Below, piece after piece: positions 18,620 through 28,660 of a DNA stretch of 64,000 bases. Position 1 is the stretch's first letter. Each line of letters starts with the position of its first letter. The notes under the pieces were generated by a model, which made no database searches, had not been told where the DNA came from, and saw only the letters and a program-made list of their open reading frames with translations. Location: IMG/VR virus record IMGVR_UViG_3300042484_000728, one strand, 5' to 3'. A program made the translations under genes and the position numbers. The stretch comes from an uncultured virus (IMG/VR IMGVR_UViG_3300042484_000728). Taxonomy: Duplodnaviria; Heunggongvirae; Uroviricota; Caudoviricetes.

Positions 18620-18705
18620 TTGTTTTCTCCTTAAAATATTTGGCGTTCTAGGCCTACGCGGTGGGGACCGCATAAGTTCTTATGAACAAATATATTTATC
18701 TAAAT

Positions 18706-18734
18706 TTGACTTTTGGCTGTAAAGATAGTATAAT
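18706..18734 (+). promoter_or_regulatory. Sigma70-type promoter TTGACT-N17-TATAAT
   Basis: -35 at 18706-18711, -10 at 18729-18734. Confidence 0.8.
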
Positions 18735-18763
18735 TGCTGTTCATTTTGTATAGGAGTAAGACT

Positions 18764-19111
18764 ATGGCAAAGTTTTATAAGCATAACATTATAGGAAAAT
18801 ACAAGGCTGTAAAGCCTGTGTTTAAAGGTGGTATTACTAACTATGCTAGTATTGATAGTACACGTAAATGGGTAGAATATACATTAGATATTTTAGATAT
18901 AAACAATTTAATTTTAGTAGAGCAAGATTGGGACGTAAAAATGGACTTGCGTTACTGTTTAACTAAAGCAGAAAGCAAAAAGGAGTGGCATCAAAAGCAT
19001 CCAAATTTTGATAGTAAGCGTGCTAGATTGTTATACGATACTGTTAAGCACTTGCCTCGCAAAGAAGCGCAGAATAGTAAAAATGATTTAAACGACAAGT
19101 ACTATTACTAG
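18764..19111 (+). CDS. Hypothetical early protein (115 aa, MAKFYK...)
   Basis: AGGAG SD before the ATG at 18764. The track's upstream start overlaps the -10 box. Confidence 0.7.
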   Translation: MAKFYKHNIIGKYKAVKPVFKGGITNYASIDSTRKWVEYTLDILDINNLILVEQDWDVKMDLRYCLTKAESKKEWHQKHPNFDSKRARLLYDTVKHLPRKEAQNSKNDLNDKYYY

Positions 19112-19116
19112 CCAAC

Positions 19117-19141
19117 AAAAAAGCCCCTTGCGGGGCTTTTT
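19117..19141. terminator. Bidirectional rho-independent terminator
   Basis: AAAAAAGCCCC-TTGC-GGGGCTTTTT between the convergent early gene and gp23. Confidence 0.85.
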
Positions 19142-19167
19142 CTAATCGTACCTTTAAGGTTTTAATC

Positions 19168-20337
19168 TTATTGGAATGATAGGTTAGAAACACCAATACT
19201 TTCTAAGTAGTCAGCTGCATTACCTAGAGATGAAGCAGTGTTTGTAAGTTCAGCATAACCATAACGTGTCATGAAACCTACTACTGGTTCAAATGTATTT
19301 GGATCTAATACAACACCGCTAGACATTAGAGGCACGTATGGGCAATAGAACGCAGCTGCATCAGCTTCGCTAGAACCTTTGTAACCTACTAATACTGAAG
19401 TACCTGTACCAGCATAGCTGTTTACATAGATCTTCATAGCATTGTTTAATGTACCAACTAGTTTTGTGTTAGTCGGAGCTTCAAAAGTACCTTCTGTTGT
19501 ACGTGCAAAAGCTGAAGTAGTTGCAGATTGCAATACTGTCAATGCTTCTGGTGATACAACTGCCCAGTTAGCTGCACCACGACGTGTACGTTGAGCAATC
19601 AAGTTAGCTGCGCGGTTAATTAAAACAGCAAGAGCAGCGTGCTCGTCACCTACGAATGTAGCTGTACCAGATACTGTAGCTTGATTGTAGTTGAATGTGT
19701 TACCAGAAAGACTAGCTAAACTAGCTAAAATTTCTTGGTCAATTTCAACTGTGATTTCTTGTGCCAATGCAGCCATAATTTCAGCTTCAACATCTAAACC
19801 GTGCATAGATTGTGCATCTTGCGCAGCTTCAAATGTCCAACGTGCAGACAATTTACGTGTTTTTGCTTCAACTACTTGTTTCAAGATTTGAACGTTAATA
19901 CGGTTACCCGGAGTACCTTCTAGTGTGCTTGTTGAAGCAGCTTTACCAGCAGTTGTACCAGAGTATGCAGTAGCGATCTTGAATGGACTTAATGCCTCGT
20001 CACCGCCTACTGTGCTGTCGCCTGATGTAGCTGTAACTTGATCAGCATAACGTACACGTAGAGTGTGAATTTGAGCCACTGGGCCAGTCATTGGTTGTAC
20101 ACCAACGATTTCGTTCGCAATAACTGTCGGCATTACACGACGGATTACTGGAAGAATAACGCGGTTTAATGTAGCTACGTTACCAACAGCAGTAGCGCCA
20201 CTGGTTGCAGTTTCCATCAAGTGTTTCTTAGTATTTTCTAAAATTACTGCCATTGTGGTTCTTTTAGAACCTTGTAGACCTTCTAACAGGGCGTCTTTGG
20301 TCTCGTTCCAACGGCCTTCTAATAGTTGGGTTGTCAT
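19168..20337 (-). CDS. gp23: Major capsid protein, T4 gp23-like
   Basis: 'IVGVQPMTGP', 'AKTRKLSARWTFEAAQD', 'EIDQEI', 'FYCPYVPL', 'FEPVVGFMTRYG'. Confidence 0.95.
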   Translation of the reverse strand: MTTQLLEGRWNETKDALLEGLQGSKRTTMAVILENTKKHLMETATSGATAVGNVATLNRVILPVIRRVMPTVIANEIVGVQPMTGPVAQIHTLRVRYADQVTATSGDSTVGGDEALSPFKIATAYSGTTAGKAASTSTLEGTPGNRINVQILKQVVEAKTRKLSARWTFEAAQDAQSMHGLDVEAEIMAALAQEITVEIDQEILASLASLSGNTFNYNQATVSGTATFVGDEHAALAVLINRAANLIAQRTRRGAANWAVVSPEALTVLQSATTSAFARTTEGTFEAPTNTKLVGTLNNAMKIYVNSYAGTGTSVLVGYKGSSEADAAAFYCPYVPLMSSGVVLDPNTFEPVVGFMTRYGYAELTNTASSLGNAADYLESIGVSNLSFQ

Positions 20338-20367
20338 TTCTTATTTTTCCTTAAAAAAAGTTTACTA

Positions 20368-21465
20368 CTATTTTAGCCCTGCTAAACGTTTGATATCGAC
20401 GACATTGTCATCGTTCTCAATTACGTCAATTTTAGCAGATTTATCACCTGTCACTTCTTTACGACTTTCAGCAATCATCACTTTATCGGCTTTGACTGTT
20501 GGTGCGTTGTTTAGAACTGCTGGTAGATATTTATCGTATGCAGCTTGTAGTCTTTCTGTCTGCACACTCTCAAGAAGACTGATCATTACTTCAGCTTTCT
20601 CTTTGTTTAATGGTTTTAATAACTCGTTCATTTTCTCTTTACGAGAAATGCTTTCATTAATAACTCGAACTTCACGGTTCTTAGTTTCAACTAATGCTTC
20701 TTTTTCTGCAATAACTTGTTTGCTTTCTGCTAATTGTCTTTCTTTCTTAGCAAGAGTAGCTTGAAGTTTAGCGAATTCTTTGTTCTCATTTAAATGAGTT
20801 ACAGCAAATTCAGCTGCGTATGCTTCAAATAAGCGACGACCAAACATGTTCTCACGAGCAGTTTGAATATCTTCTTTTAGTTGAGCTAATTCAGACCCTA
20901 GGTTTTGTGCTACTGCTTCTTTAACAAGACCCGCACTGCGTTTTACGAATGCACTTTGTAGTTCAGCTAGTTTTGATTTAGCTTCAGCAACAAGTTTAAC
21001 TTTCGTTTCAACTACAGCTTGTTTGTCTTGCTCAAACTCTTTAATTTCTTCAGCCAACGCATGGATAACAAATTTTTCTAACTTAGCTACTGCTTCGTTT
21101 TGAACTTTTTTATCTGTACGTAGTTCTTGGATTTCTTCAGCTAATTTAGTAACCATAAAGTTATTAAATTTGCCTGAGCTTTCAACCATATGACGTTTAA
21201 ATTTCACACGGTCTTCTGCTAGAGCTTGTTTCTCACTGGCGAACTCTTTAAGTTCAGCAGTAAGACTTTCAGTAACCATCTTGTCTAGAGCTTCAACCAT
21301 TACTTGTTTGTCGTGACTATAGCGTGTCGCAAATTCTTCACGCAATTCAGCGCGAATAGTTTCACGAGCTTCATTAATTTGGCTAGCCCAAGCTTCTGTA
21401 ATAGCAGTTTGGGTTGTTTCATTAATGATACCAGAATCTAACAATGGTTTGATAGCGTCTAACAT
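20368..21465 (-). CDS. gp22: Prohead core scaffold protein, gp22-like
   Basis: Coiled-coil, E/K-rich protein between the protease and the capsid gene. Confidence 0.8.
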   Translation of the reverse strand: MLDAIKPLLDSGIINETTQTAITEAWASQINEARETIRAELREEFATRYSHDKQVMVEALDKMVTESLTAELKEFASEKQALAEDRVKFKRHMVESSGKFNNFMVTKLAEEIQELRTDKKVQNEAVAKLEKFVIHALAEEIKEFEQDKQAVVETKVKLVAEAKSKLAELQSAFVKRSAGLVKEAVAQNLGSELAQLKEDIQTARENMFGRRLFEAYAAEFAVTHLNENKEFAKLQATLAKKERQLAESKQVIAEKEALVETKNREVRVINESISRKEKMNELLKPLNKEKAEVMISLLESVQTERLQAAYDKYLPAVLNNAPTVKADKVMIAESRKEVTGDKSAKIDVIENDDNVVDIKRLAGLK

Positions 21466-21474
21466 TCTGATCTC

Positions 21475-22116
21475 CTATTTTAATTTTAAATCTTTGATTA
21501 GGCTTAATACGCCTTCTCTTAGATATTTCTGTACTTTTTGATCTGCACTGGCTTCTTTTGCCATTTCGAATACCTTGGCGCCACCACGCATATTCATCAG
21601 TCCTTCGTAAATCGCTGTTGGATATGCATTAGGAGCACTAGGTTGTGCAACTACATCTACAGTGACTATTTCAAAGTCACTGACTTTACCGTCACCCTCA
21701 TTCACGTTTCCGCTACCACGAGAGCTAACGCCAAGTTTTACACCCGATTCCAACATAGTCTGAACTAACTGACCCATTGGAGTAGGTAAAATCTTTAATT
21801 TGCCAAAGCCATTAGGACCATCCATCCACATATCTGTAATCATGTGGCTTACACGGTCTAAGTTAATTTTCAAATCATCAGGGTGATCTACTTCGCCTAA
21901 AACGCTGTAGCCACCCTTGATTTGTTCATTTAACGTAGAAACGGCTTTCTCAATTTCATTTACAGGGTACACACGCTCATTGTGATTACGTACACCACCT
22001 TGAATGAATATACCTTTCATATAACATGACTTGCCTTTGCCATCAGGAGCACTTTCAGTTAAGAACTCTATTCTAGCTGCATCGTATGTTAAGTTTTCTT
22101 TAAGGTATAAAGCCAT
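21475..22116 (-). CDS. gp21: Prohead protease, gp21-like
   Basis: 'GIFIQ..RNHNERVYP', 'GEVDHP', 'VSHMI', 'GVSSRGSG', 'DVVAQPSAPNA'. Confidence 0.93.
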   Translation of the reverse strand: MALYLKENLTYDAARIEFLTESAPDGKGKSCYMKGIFIQGGVRNHNERVYPVNEIEKAVSTLNEQIKGGYSVLGEVDHPDDLKINLDRVSHMITDMWMDGPNGFGKLKILPTPMGQLVQTMLESGVKLGVSSRGSGNVNEGDGKVSDFEIVTVDVVAQPSAPNAYPTAIYEGLMNMRGGAKVFEMAKEASADQKVQKYLREGVLSLIKDLKLK

Positions 22117-22129
22117 TATCTTTTCCTAA

Positions 22130-22972
22130 TTACTTACGTAGTGGGCTTTGTTTGTTAACAGCAACACTACCATCATTACCAGCTAGCTTACCTTCAGAAC
22201 CTGTAGAAGCTTCTTTAGTTTTAAATGCTGTTTTACCTGCATTAGCACCTGGTTTGTTTTGTGGGTTAGATACTAATGTACCTTTTGGTCTTTCAGTTGA
22301 TGAAGGACGGTTACCGTTTTGATCTTGGTTACCACCTTTAGAAGTTACCGCTGTACCGCCCATGTCGTTTTTACCGGCTACTGTTGATTTAGAATTAACT
22401 GCTACACTTTTACCTGTACCAACTGCTGCACCTTCGGAGTTAGCAGGAGCTGCAACTTTTTCTACATACTCACGTACAATAGATTCGTCAACTTCTTCGT
22501 CATCTTCTTCATCATCTTCTTCAGATTCGTAAAATTCTTCTGGATTAGCTTCATCAGCGCCAACTTCATCGGCACCAAATTCATCAGCATGGTCTTCTTC
22601 ACCAGCTTCGCCGGCCATTAGTGCATCAAATTCAGCTTTAAGTTCGTCAAGTGCGTCTTCTAGATCAACTACGCGATCTTCGATTTCTGCTTCACCTTGT
22701 TCTTCAGCGCCAAATTCGTCGCCTTCTTCAGAATCAAACTCTTCTTCAGCGCCAAATTCTTCTTCTTCAGAAATGCCTTCTTCGTCTAAAGATACTTCGT
22801 CAACTAGGTCTTCAACTTCGTTGCCGCCAATTGTTTCTTCTAAGTCTTCTTCTGCTACTAAGCTCTCATAGATGTCGCGTGATTTCTCTACAACGATCTG
22901 ATGGAATAATTCACGAGCTTTGTCATTTTCATCATTAATGATGAACTCAACTAATTGTTCGTATTTGTTCAT
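22130..22972 (-). CDS. Highly acidic prohead core/internal protein
   Basis: E/D-rich low-complexity protein between portal and protease, the position of T4 gp67/68. Confidence 0.6.
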   Translation of the reverse strand: MNKYEQLVEFIINDENDKARELFHQIVVEKSRDIYESLVAEEDLEETIGGNEVEDLVDEVSLDEEGISEEEEFGAEEEFDSEEGDEFGAEEQGEAEIEDRVVDLEDALDELKAEFDALMAGEAGEEDHADEFGADEVGADEANPEEFYESEEDDEEDDEEVDESIVREYVEKVAAPANSEGAAVGTGKSVAVNSKSTVAGKNDMGGTAVTSKGGNQDQNGNRPSSTERPKGTLVSNPQNKPGANAGKTAFKTKEASTGSEGKLAGNDGSVAVNKQSPLRK

Positions 22973-23100
22973 TTATGAACTCCTTGTGATAATATAAGTT
23001 TCGAAACTTACATCGATGTGATGTATTATGTGTATATATTTACAAAATTTATTAAAAAGTGGGGTTATATGTGTGTTTTTTGAGCCAAAAGGTGGGATAA

Positions 23101-23325
23101 TTACATGCCGCCGGTGTCTGCTGGCGCTGCTTTGTATTGTTGTTGTACAGAGTCAATCTTCTTTTCGTGTTCCAATTTACGAATATCATTCATAATACGT
23201 AGACGATTTAGCTGTTTTAGAGTTAACTTGGTCTTGCGGAGATCGCGGAGTTTGACGGCAGTGTTGTCGTCTTTTTCTGTTTCATAACCTGCAGGAGTAG
23301 GTTCAAATATTTCTAATAGGTTCAT
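23101..23325 (-). CDS. Small head-module protein (74 aa, MNLLEIF...)
   Basis: ATG at 23325, 5 nt after GTAAATA. The track's longer start overlaps the portal gene. Confidence 0.65.
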   Translation of the reverse strand: MNLLEIFEPTPAGYETEKDDNTAVKLRDLRKTKLTLKQLNRLRIMNDIRKLEHEKKIDSVQQQYKAAPADTGGM

Positions 23326-23344
23326 AAAGTTATTTACCAAATTC

Positions 23345-25060
23345 TTATAAACCTGCTCCGGGCTGTGCAGCTGCTGGTGTGCCCGGGGCGCCCACTGCTT
23401 CTGGAGCTGCGCCTGGTACTGCACCGGCACCGCCTTCTACACCTAGCTCTTGTGGTGCTAGTGTATCCATGTCTTGCTGGATACCTGCGTTAGTAACGCC
23501 CACAGCACGTAGGCCTGCTTGTGGAATGTCTGTATCATTAACTGTGCCGTTTTCTTGTGCCCATAGTTCATCGTTGCGTTGTAGTTCTTCTTCGCTTAGG
23601 TCTAAGTAACGCTCTAATAAGAAACGTTTACTTAGATAAGGAATTTGCTCTAACTGTGTAAATGTAGTGATGCGCACTTGATCAACTTCTGCCTGACGAT
23701 ATTTGGCAAAGTTTTGAGGCTCATTAAAGCGCAATTCAAATAGACTGTTGTCAATGTTAACCCCTCTCCAGCGCATGAACATTTTAAACTCGTTATCAAG
23801 TGTTTCTGCAATCATACGTTGTAGGCGCATACAGTATTGATTAAAGCGCCACTCTTGAATTAAGGCTGTGGTTGTTTTACCGTCACTGTAACTACGTTCG
23901 CTTTCATCTGTACCGGTGGGCAAATAGCTACTAGGAATACGTAGGCCACGGAACATCTTGTTGGTAAAGTAACGTAGGTCAGTGATTTCACCTAGGTTTT
24001 GACCACCTGGGAATACATCAACGCTACTACCACGGCCTTCTGCTGTTACTGGAAAAAAGTAATCTTCGTTTGTTGATAATGGATTATACGTAGCATCCAT
24101 CATATTAACACCGCCACCTGTTTGTGTAGGTATACGACGTTGGTGTATTTCATTTTTAACACGGTCAACATAGGCCATGGCCATGTGTGTGGGCATATTA
24201 CCTACGTCAATCTTAAAGATACGACGTTCCGGAGCACGTTGTATACGATAGATGATAATCGCATCTTCTAATAGTTCTTTTTGTTTAAAGATTTTAAAAA
24301 TACTTTCTAATACACTAGTACCAAATGGCCAGTTTAAGTCTAACCCTTCTGTTAAACTTAGGTGTACTACGTGTTCTGCATCAATCACAGCTTCATTTTT
24401 AGCATGACTAAAACGACTACCACCACTGTATGGTGTTTGTGGTTGTACATACGCACCGCTAGGACCGCCAACTTGCGGGTGATTAATAAATGTATCACTG
24501 CTACTTAAGGCCGTAGCTGTTAGGTTTTGGAAATTGATGTTCATGTCTTTGATAATGTACTGTTCTGGCTTTTTGCCTTCAGCTTCATTGACAATAACCT
24601 TGGTAACTTTGAACATTTCTGTCCAATATAGTTTAAATGTTTCGGGGTCACGTAGGAATACTTGATCACCGTACTTGATACAGTTACGGAACAATTTGAA
24701 CAAGCGTTTGTTCATATCGTTTAAGGTTACCCATTGCTGTAACTGATCTTTAAGGATTTTAACTTCGTTGTCTGTTGGATCTTCTTTGAAGAACAAATCA
24801 AAGCCTGTACCGTTTTCAATATTAGTCTGTGTACTAAAGTCAGCAATAATATCAAGGGCAGCATTAACTTCACTGTCCATGTCCATTTGTTCGTATTGAT
24901 TGTAACGTTCTGTACGATTTGGGTGACCAATATATACTTCAGGTAGTTGACTGGCGAAGTTACGATAGCCGGCATCTGGCAGAGTGTTGCCTCCACCATT
25001 GCCCACAGGGCTCATCATACCGCTGGTGTTAGCAGTCTTAAAGTGTTTTTTCCACGACAT
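23345..25060 (-). CDS. gp20: Portal protein, gp20-like
   Basis: 'LLEDAIIIYRIQRAPERRIFKIDVGNMP', 'EDYFFP...GRGSSV...PGGQNLGEITDLRYF...LRIPSS'. Late promoter at 25080-25086. Confidence 0.95.
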   Translation of the reverse strand: MSWKKHFKTANTSGMMSPVGNGGGNTLPDAGYRNFASQLPEVYIGHPNRTERYNQYEQMDMDSEVNAALDIIADFSTQTNIENGTGFDLFFKEDPTDNEVKILKDQLQQWVTLNDMNKRLFKLFRNCIKYGDQVFLRDPETFKLYWTEMFKVTKVIVNEAEGKKPEQYIIKDMNINFQNLTATALSSSDTFINHPQVGGPSGAYVQPQTPYSGGSRFSHAKNEAVIDAEHVVHLSLTEGLDLNWPFGTSVLESIFKIFKQKELLEDAIIIYRIQRAPERRIFKIDVGNMPTHMAMAYVDRVKNEIHQRRIPTQTGGGVNMMDATYNPLSTNEDYFFPVTAEGRGSSVDVFPGGQNLGEITDLRYFTNKMFRGLRIPSSYLPTGTDESERSYSDGKTTTALIQEWRFNQYCMRLQRMIAETLDNEFKMFMRWRGVNIDNSLFELRFNEPQNFAKYRQAEVDQVRITTFTQLEQIPYLSKRFLLERYLDLSEEELQRNDELWAQENGTVNDTDIPQAGLRAVGVTNAGIQQDMDTLAPQELGVEGGAGAVPGAAPEAVGAPGTPAAAQPGAGL

Positions 25061-25122
25061 ATTTGTTTAACCTAGGTTGTATTTATTATTTAACTAAAAT
25101 TATAGTTTGCTATAAATTTTAA

Positions 25123-27720
25123 TTAGTTGGTATTAGCCGCTACTCTAGCGGTATGATCTACGTTTTGTCTCATTAAATTAGCAATTTCAGCCAAGTGAGC
25201 AGCGGCTTCTGCAGCACTGTCGTTGCGTTCATCGTCATCCATTTGTTTCATTGCATTTTTAATAGGTGACGCTTCTGGACGTTTCATAAACTCTTCTTGC
25301 AGTTGGTCAGCATTGAATCCCTCAAAGCCTTTCATACGATCTTTAAGAAAAGCTAGATTGCCATCATTCATATTAGGCAATGATGATGTAGATGGTAGAC
25401 CGTCTTGCTGTTTCTGCAATAGAACCATCTGCACTGCATTTTCTGCTAGTTGTTTATAAATTGCCGGCGTGCCTTTTTGGTCATCTGGTAGGCTAGTATT
25501 TTGAACATCTTTAAGATATTGTTCTAATGTTTGAACAAGACCGTTAGCCCCTCCACCATATCCAGAATTCGCTGCCCATTGTTCTCGTTTAAACCCCTTG
25601 CCCCCTAGTTCGCCGCTATAAAAGAATGCATCAGCTTCACCTTGATGAAATTTAAGACCTTTCATCATTGCTTGAATAGTACCAATAGAGTTTTGCAAGG
25701 CTTTTGTGGCGTCTGTGCTTAAAACTGTAGACGGTCCGCCTATAAGCTCTGGGCCGTTTTCGCCAGCAATACCAATTTTACCTGCGCCAATAGTACCGCC
25801 TTTGTCAAATTTTGGAGCATTAGGGATATTTTCATAGGATATACCAAGATTTTCACCGTTAGGACCTGTATAAACACCGTTCTGTGAACGTTTGATACCT
25901 TGGCTTTTTAACCAATCTGCTCGTTTTAAATTTCTTAATACTTGATCGTCTGATCCTGTTGCCATTGGTTGCCCAAACGCATTTTTTTTCTTTCGTTCTT
26001 CACTTACCCGAGTTTTTTCTTCCTCTGTCATTTCTTTAGGTAGGTCATCGAGCATTTTTTTAACTTGACCTAACATAAGTTTGCTTATGTTAACAAAATC
26101 TTTGATAAACGGTAATAGTTCTTTTTCTAAACCTATTTTTAAATCTTGAGTTGCTTTTTCTGCACCTATTAAATTCTTAGTTAACTCGTTCTGAGTAACT
26201 GCGGCTTCGCCTACTACTATACTATTATCTGCTGCAGCTTTTGTATTTTTATTGTTAAAGTCGATCAAATTAGACATCGACTTAGTTAAGTCTCCTACTT
26301 CCTCGCCGGCAAAATATCCCGCTCTACCTAGAGCTTGATTGGCCATGATACTTTTATTCTGCATTTCGGCATATTTGGCATTTGAGTTTTTAACTACATC
26401 AAGTGATAATGATCCATCTTTAAAGGATTTGTATAGATCTTGCCCTTGTTCTCTAAATCCTTTAACCTGCGCATTCATCATAGCACCGTGTTCGTTAATA
26501 ACTGCACCTTCAGATGCTACACGATCTTTGAAATTTTTCTTTTGATCATCACTCATGCCTGCCATAGCGGCAATTACTTCAGTCATGTCGTAGCCAGCTT
26601 TTGCTACTTTTTGTCTAAATATTAACTCTCTAGAATCTGCTTCAGCAGCTTCCATCTTTTTCTTAGCGTCTTCACCGGTGATATTAGCAATAGTACGTAA
26701 ATTTTCTGCGTATTTTTTAGTCTGTTCAGCAACATCTTTATCGTTAATAGTCTTACCGGTTATACGTAGCTGTCTAGTAACGTCAGATATTAATCCAACT
26801 TGTTCTTCAACTCCAAATCCTAAATTGAACAGTTGAGTTTTTAGAGCATCACCACCTGCTCTAAATGCTCCCCCAATACGTTTAGTGCCTTCAGTCACCC
26901 CCAGCCCGCTAGCTGCAATAGATGAGCTATTGACTTTTATAACGTTTGACATCTGCTCAACAGTTAAGCCTGCACCGTTGGCTGCGTTTCGCATGCCTTC
27001 AACCCCGTCAGTGAATAATGCACCCGATGAGTTCATTTGATTAAATGCTTTGTATGATTTTTCTACTTCTTTGCTAAGTATCTCAACCCCAAACTTAGCC
27101 AGTTTAGTCATTGTCTCGGCACCTGCATCTAATGCAGTGCCTAATATTTTCATCGCGCCGCCAACAACAAAGCCTAATCCCTCAGTAGCAACTCCTGCAG
27201 CCATTGCTGCATCACCAAAGGCATTTAATGTTTTTCCCACACCTTTAGCTGCCACACCGGCAACATCAATGCCCATTACCATTAGTTCAGTGGCTAATGC
27301 TGTACCGGTAGCATCATTTTGTAAACTTTTTACAAATTGGCCAGTACCTTGCACAGTTCGCCCAACCATCTCACTAGTAGCTTTACGTGTTGCTTCTGAC
27401 AGGGCTTTAGTAGCCGCTTCAGCAGCTAGGTCTGCTTTCATTTTTTGTAAGACAACTTTCTTAGCTTGATTTTCAGCCGCCGATGCCGCATCTGTAGACT
27501 CACTTAAATCTTCCATAGCATCATCAAGTTCTTGCATCTTTTTCTTCATATCTGAATACGAAGCTGTTTGTTTTTTAGATGCCTTGGTTAGATTGTCAAC
27601 TTCTTTTTGAAATTGTTGTGCAGATTTGTTGGATTTTTTATAAATTTCAGATGCTTCTTCGGTGTTAGTACCCCAACGCTCAAAAAAATCTAATATCTGT
27701 TGTGCTTTTTGTTCATCCAT
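25123..27720 (-). CDS. Tape-measure-like protein
   Basis: Long alpha-helical A/K/E-rich protein with a hydrophobic Gly/Ala stretch and 'FDKGG...GIAGENGPELI'. Likely start at 27720 (MDEQ); TATAAATA on the minus strand near 27776-27783. Confidence 0.65.
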   Translation of the reverse strand: MDEQKAQQILDFFERWGTNTEEASEIYKKSNKSAQQFQKEVDNLTKASKKQTASYSDMKKKMQELDDAMEDLSESTDAASAAENQAKKVVLQKMKADLAAEAATKALSEATRKATSEMVGRTVQGTGQFVKSLQNDATGTALATELMVMGIDVAGVAAKGVGKTLNAFGDAAMAAGVATEGLGFVVGGAMKILGTALDAGAETMTKLAKFGVEILSKEVEKSYKAFNQMNSSGALFTDGVEGMRNAANGAGLTVEQMSNVIKVNSSSIAASGLGVTEGTKRIGGAFRAGGDALKTQLFNLGFGVEEQVGLISDVTRQLRITGKTINDKDVAEQTKKYAENLRTIANITGEDAKKKMEAAEADSRELIFRQKVAKAGYDMTEVIAAMAGMSDDQKKNFKDRVASEGAVINEHGAMMNAQVKGFREQGQDLYKSFKDGSLSLDVVKNSNAKYAEMQNKSIMANQALGRAGYFAGEEVGDLTKSMSNLIDFNNKNTKAAADNSIVVGEAAVTQNELTKNLIGAEKATQDLKIGLEKELLPFIKDFVNISKLMLGQVKKMLDDLPKEMTEEEKTRVSEERKKKNAFGQPMATGSDDQVLRNLKRADWLKSQGIKRSQNGVYTGPNGENLGISYENIPNAPKFDKGGTIGAGKIGIAGENGPELIGGPSTVLSTDATKALQNSIGTIQAMMKGLKFHQGEADAFFYSGELGGKGFKREQWAANSGYGGGANGLVQTLEQYLKDVQNTSLPDDQKGTPAIYKQLAENAVQMVLLQKQQDGLPSTSSLPNMNDGNLAFLKDRMKGFEGFNADQLQEEFMKRPEASPIKNAMKQMDDDERNDSAAEAAAHLAEIANLMRQNVDHTARVAANTN

Positions 27721-27748
27721 ACTTTTATAAACCCCAGTTTTAGCCACC

Positions 27749-27783
27749 ATAAATATAATATACGGTACTATCAACTATTTATA
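27749..27783. promoter_or_regulatory. Face-to-face late promoters for the divergent genes
   Basis: ATAAATA on + at 27749-27755 (for gp26-like) and TATAAATA on - at 27783-27776 (for the tape measure). Confidence 0.55.
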
Positions 27784-27793
27784 GGAAATAATC

Positions 27794-28660
27794 ATGACTC
27801 AAACGCAATCGTCTAATTTAACTAATCCACTGGCTAGACACTTTAGACAACCAGTGATCTACACTAAACTACCTAGCCGCGGACAATATTGGCCAGAAGG
27901 CAGCTTAGAATTGTCTATGACTGGTGAGTTACCTATCTTGGCCATGAGCACCAAAGACGAAATTATCTTAAGAACGCCAGATGCGCTGTTAAACGGACAG
28001 GGTGTTATTGATGTTATACATAGTTGCTGCCCTAACATCAAAGATGCATGGAATATGCCTAGCATCGACGTAGATAGTGTTATTATTGCTATACGTATTG
28101 CCAGTTATGGTAATAAGATGGATTTCTCAAGTACATGCCCTCATTGTAATACAGAGCACGACTATGCTATTGACCTAGGTGTGGTATTAAATGGAATCGA
28201 AACTCCAAACTATAAAAAGGCCATCGAAGTTGACAATCTTAAGATTAAACTGCGCCCACAACCATACTTTAGTCTTAATAAAACCAACATTATTGCCTTT
28301 GAAGAACAACAATTATTAAGATCACTACAGCAGGCTGGCGATTCTGCCGAAGATGTACAGACAAAATTCAACAGTCAGTTAAACAAACTAATTGATCTTA
28401 ACATCATGATTGCCGCAGACAGTACAGAAAGCATTGAATTAGAAGATGGTCAATTGGTAACCGACGGTGGTTACATTAAAGAATTCTATTCAAACTGCGA
28501 TAATAAAACTGTCAAAGCGGTTAAAGCTCGGTTAGACGAATATAACAAACAGGCTAATATTAAACCATTTACAGTGACCTGTGGCAATGAAGAATGTGGT
28601 AAAGCCTTTGAGATTGATATTGTGTTCGACTTTGCAAGTTTTTTCGGAAAAGGCTCTTAG
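27794..28660 (+). CDS. gp26: Baseplate hub/tail assembly protein, T4 gp26-like
   Basis: 'LPSRG', 'MSTKDEIIL', 'D..IIAIRIASYG', CPHC and C-x4-C motifs, ending in 'SFF'. Confidence 0.7.
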   Translation: MTQTQSSNLTNPLARHFRQPVIYTKLPSRGQYWPEGSLELSMTGELPILAMSTKDEIILRTPDALLNGQGVIDVIHSCCPNIKDAWNMPSIDVDSVIIAIRIASYGNKMDFSSTCPHCNTEHDYAIDLGVVLNGIETPNYKKAIEVDNLKIKLRPQPYFSLNKTNIIAFEEQQLLRSLQQAGDSAEDVQTKFNSQLNKLIDLNIMIAADSTESIELEDGQLVTDGGYIKEFYSNCDNKTVKAVKARLDEYNKQANIKPFTVTCGNEECGKAFEIDIVFDFASFFGKGS

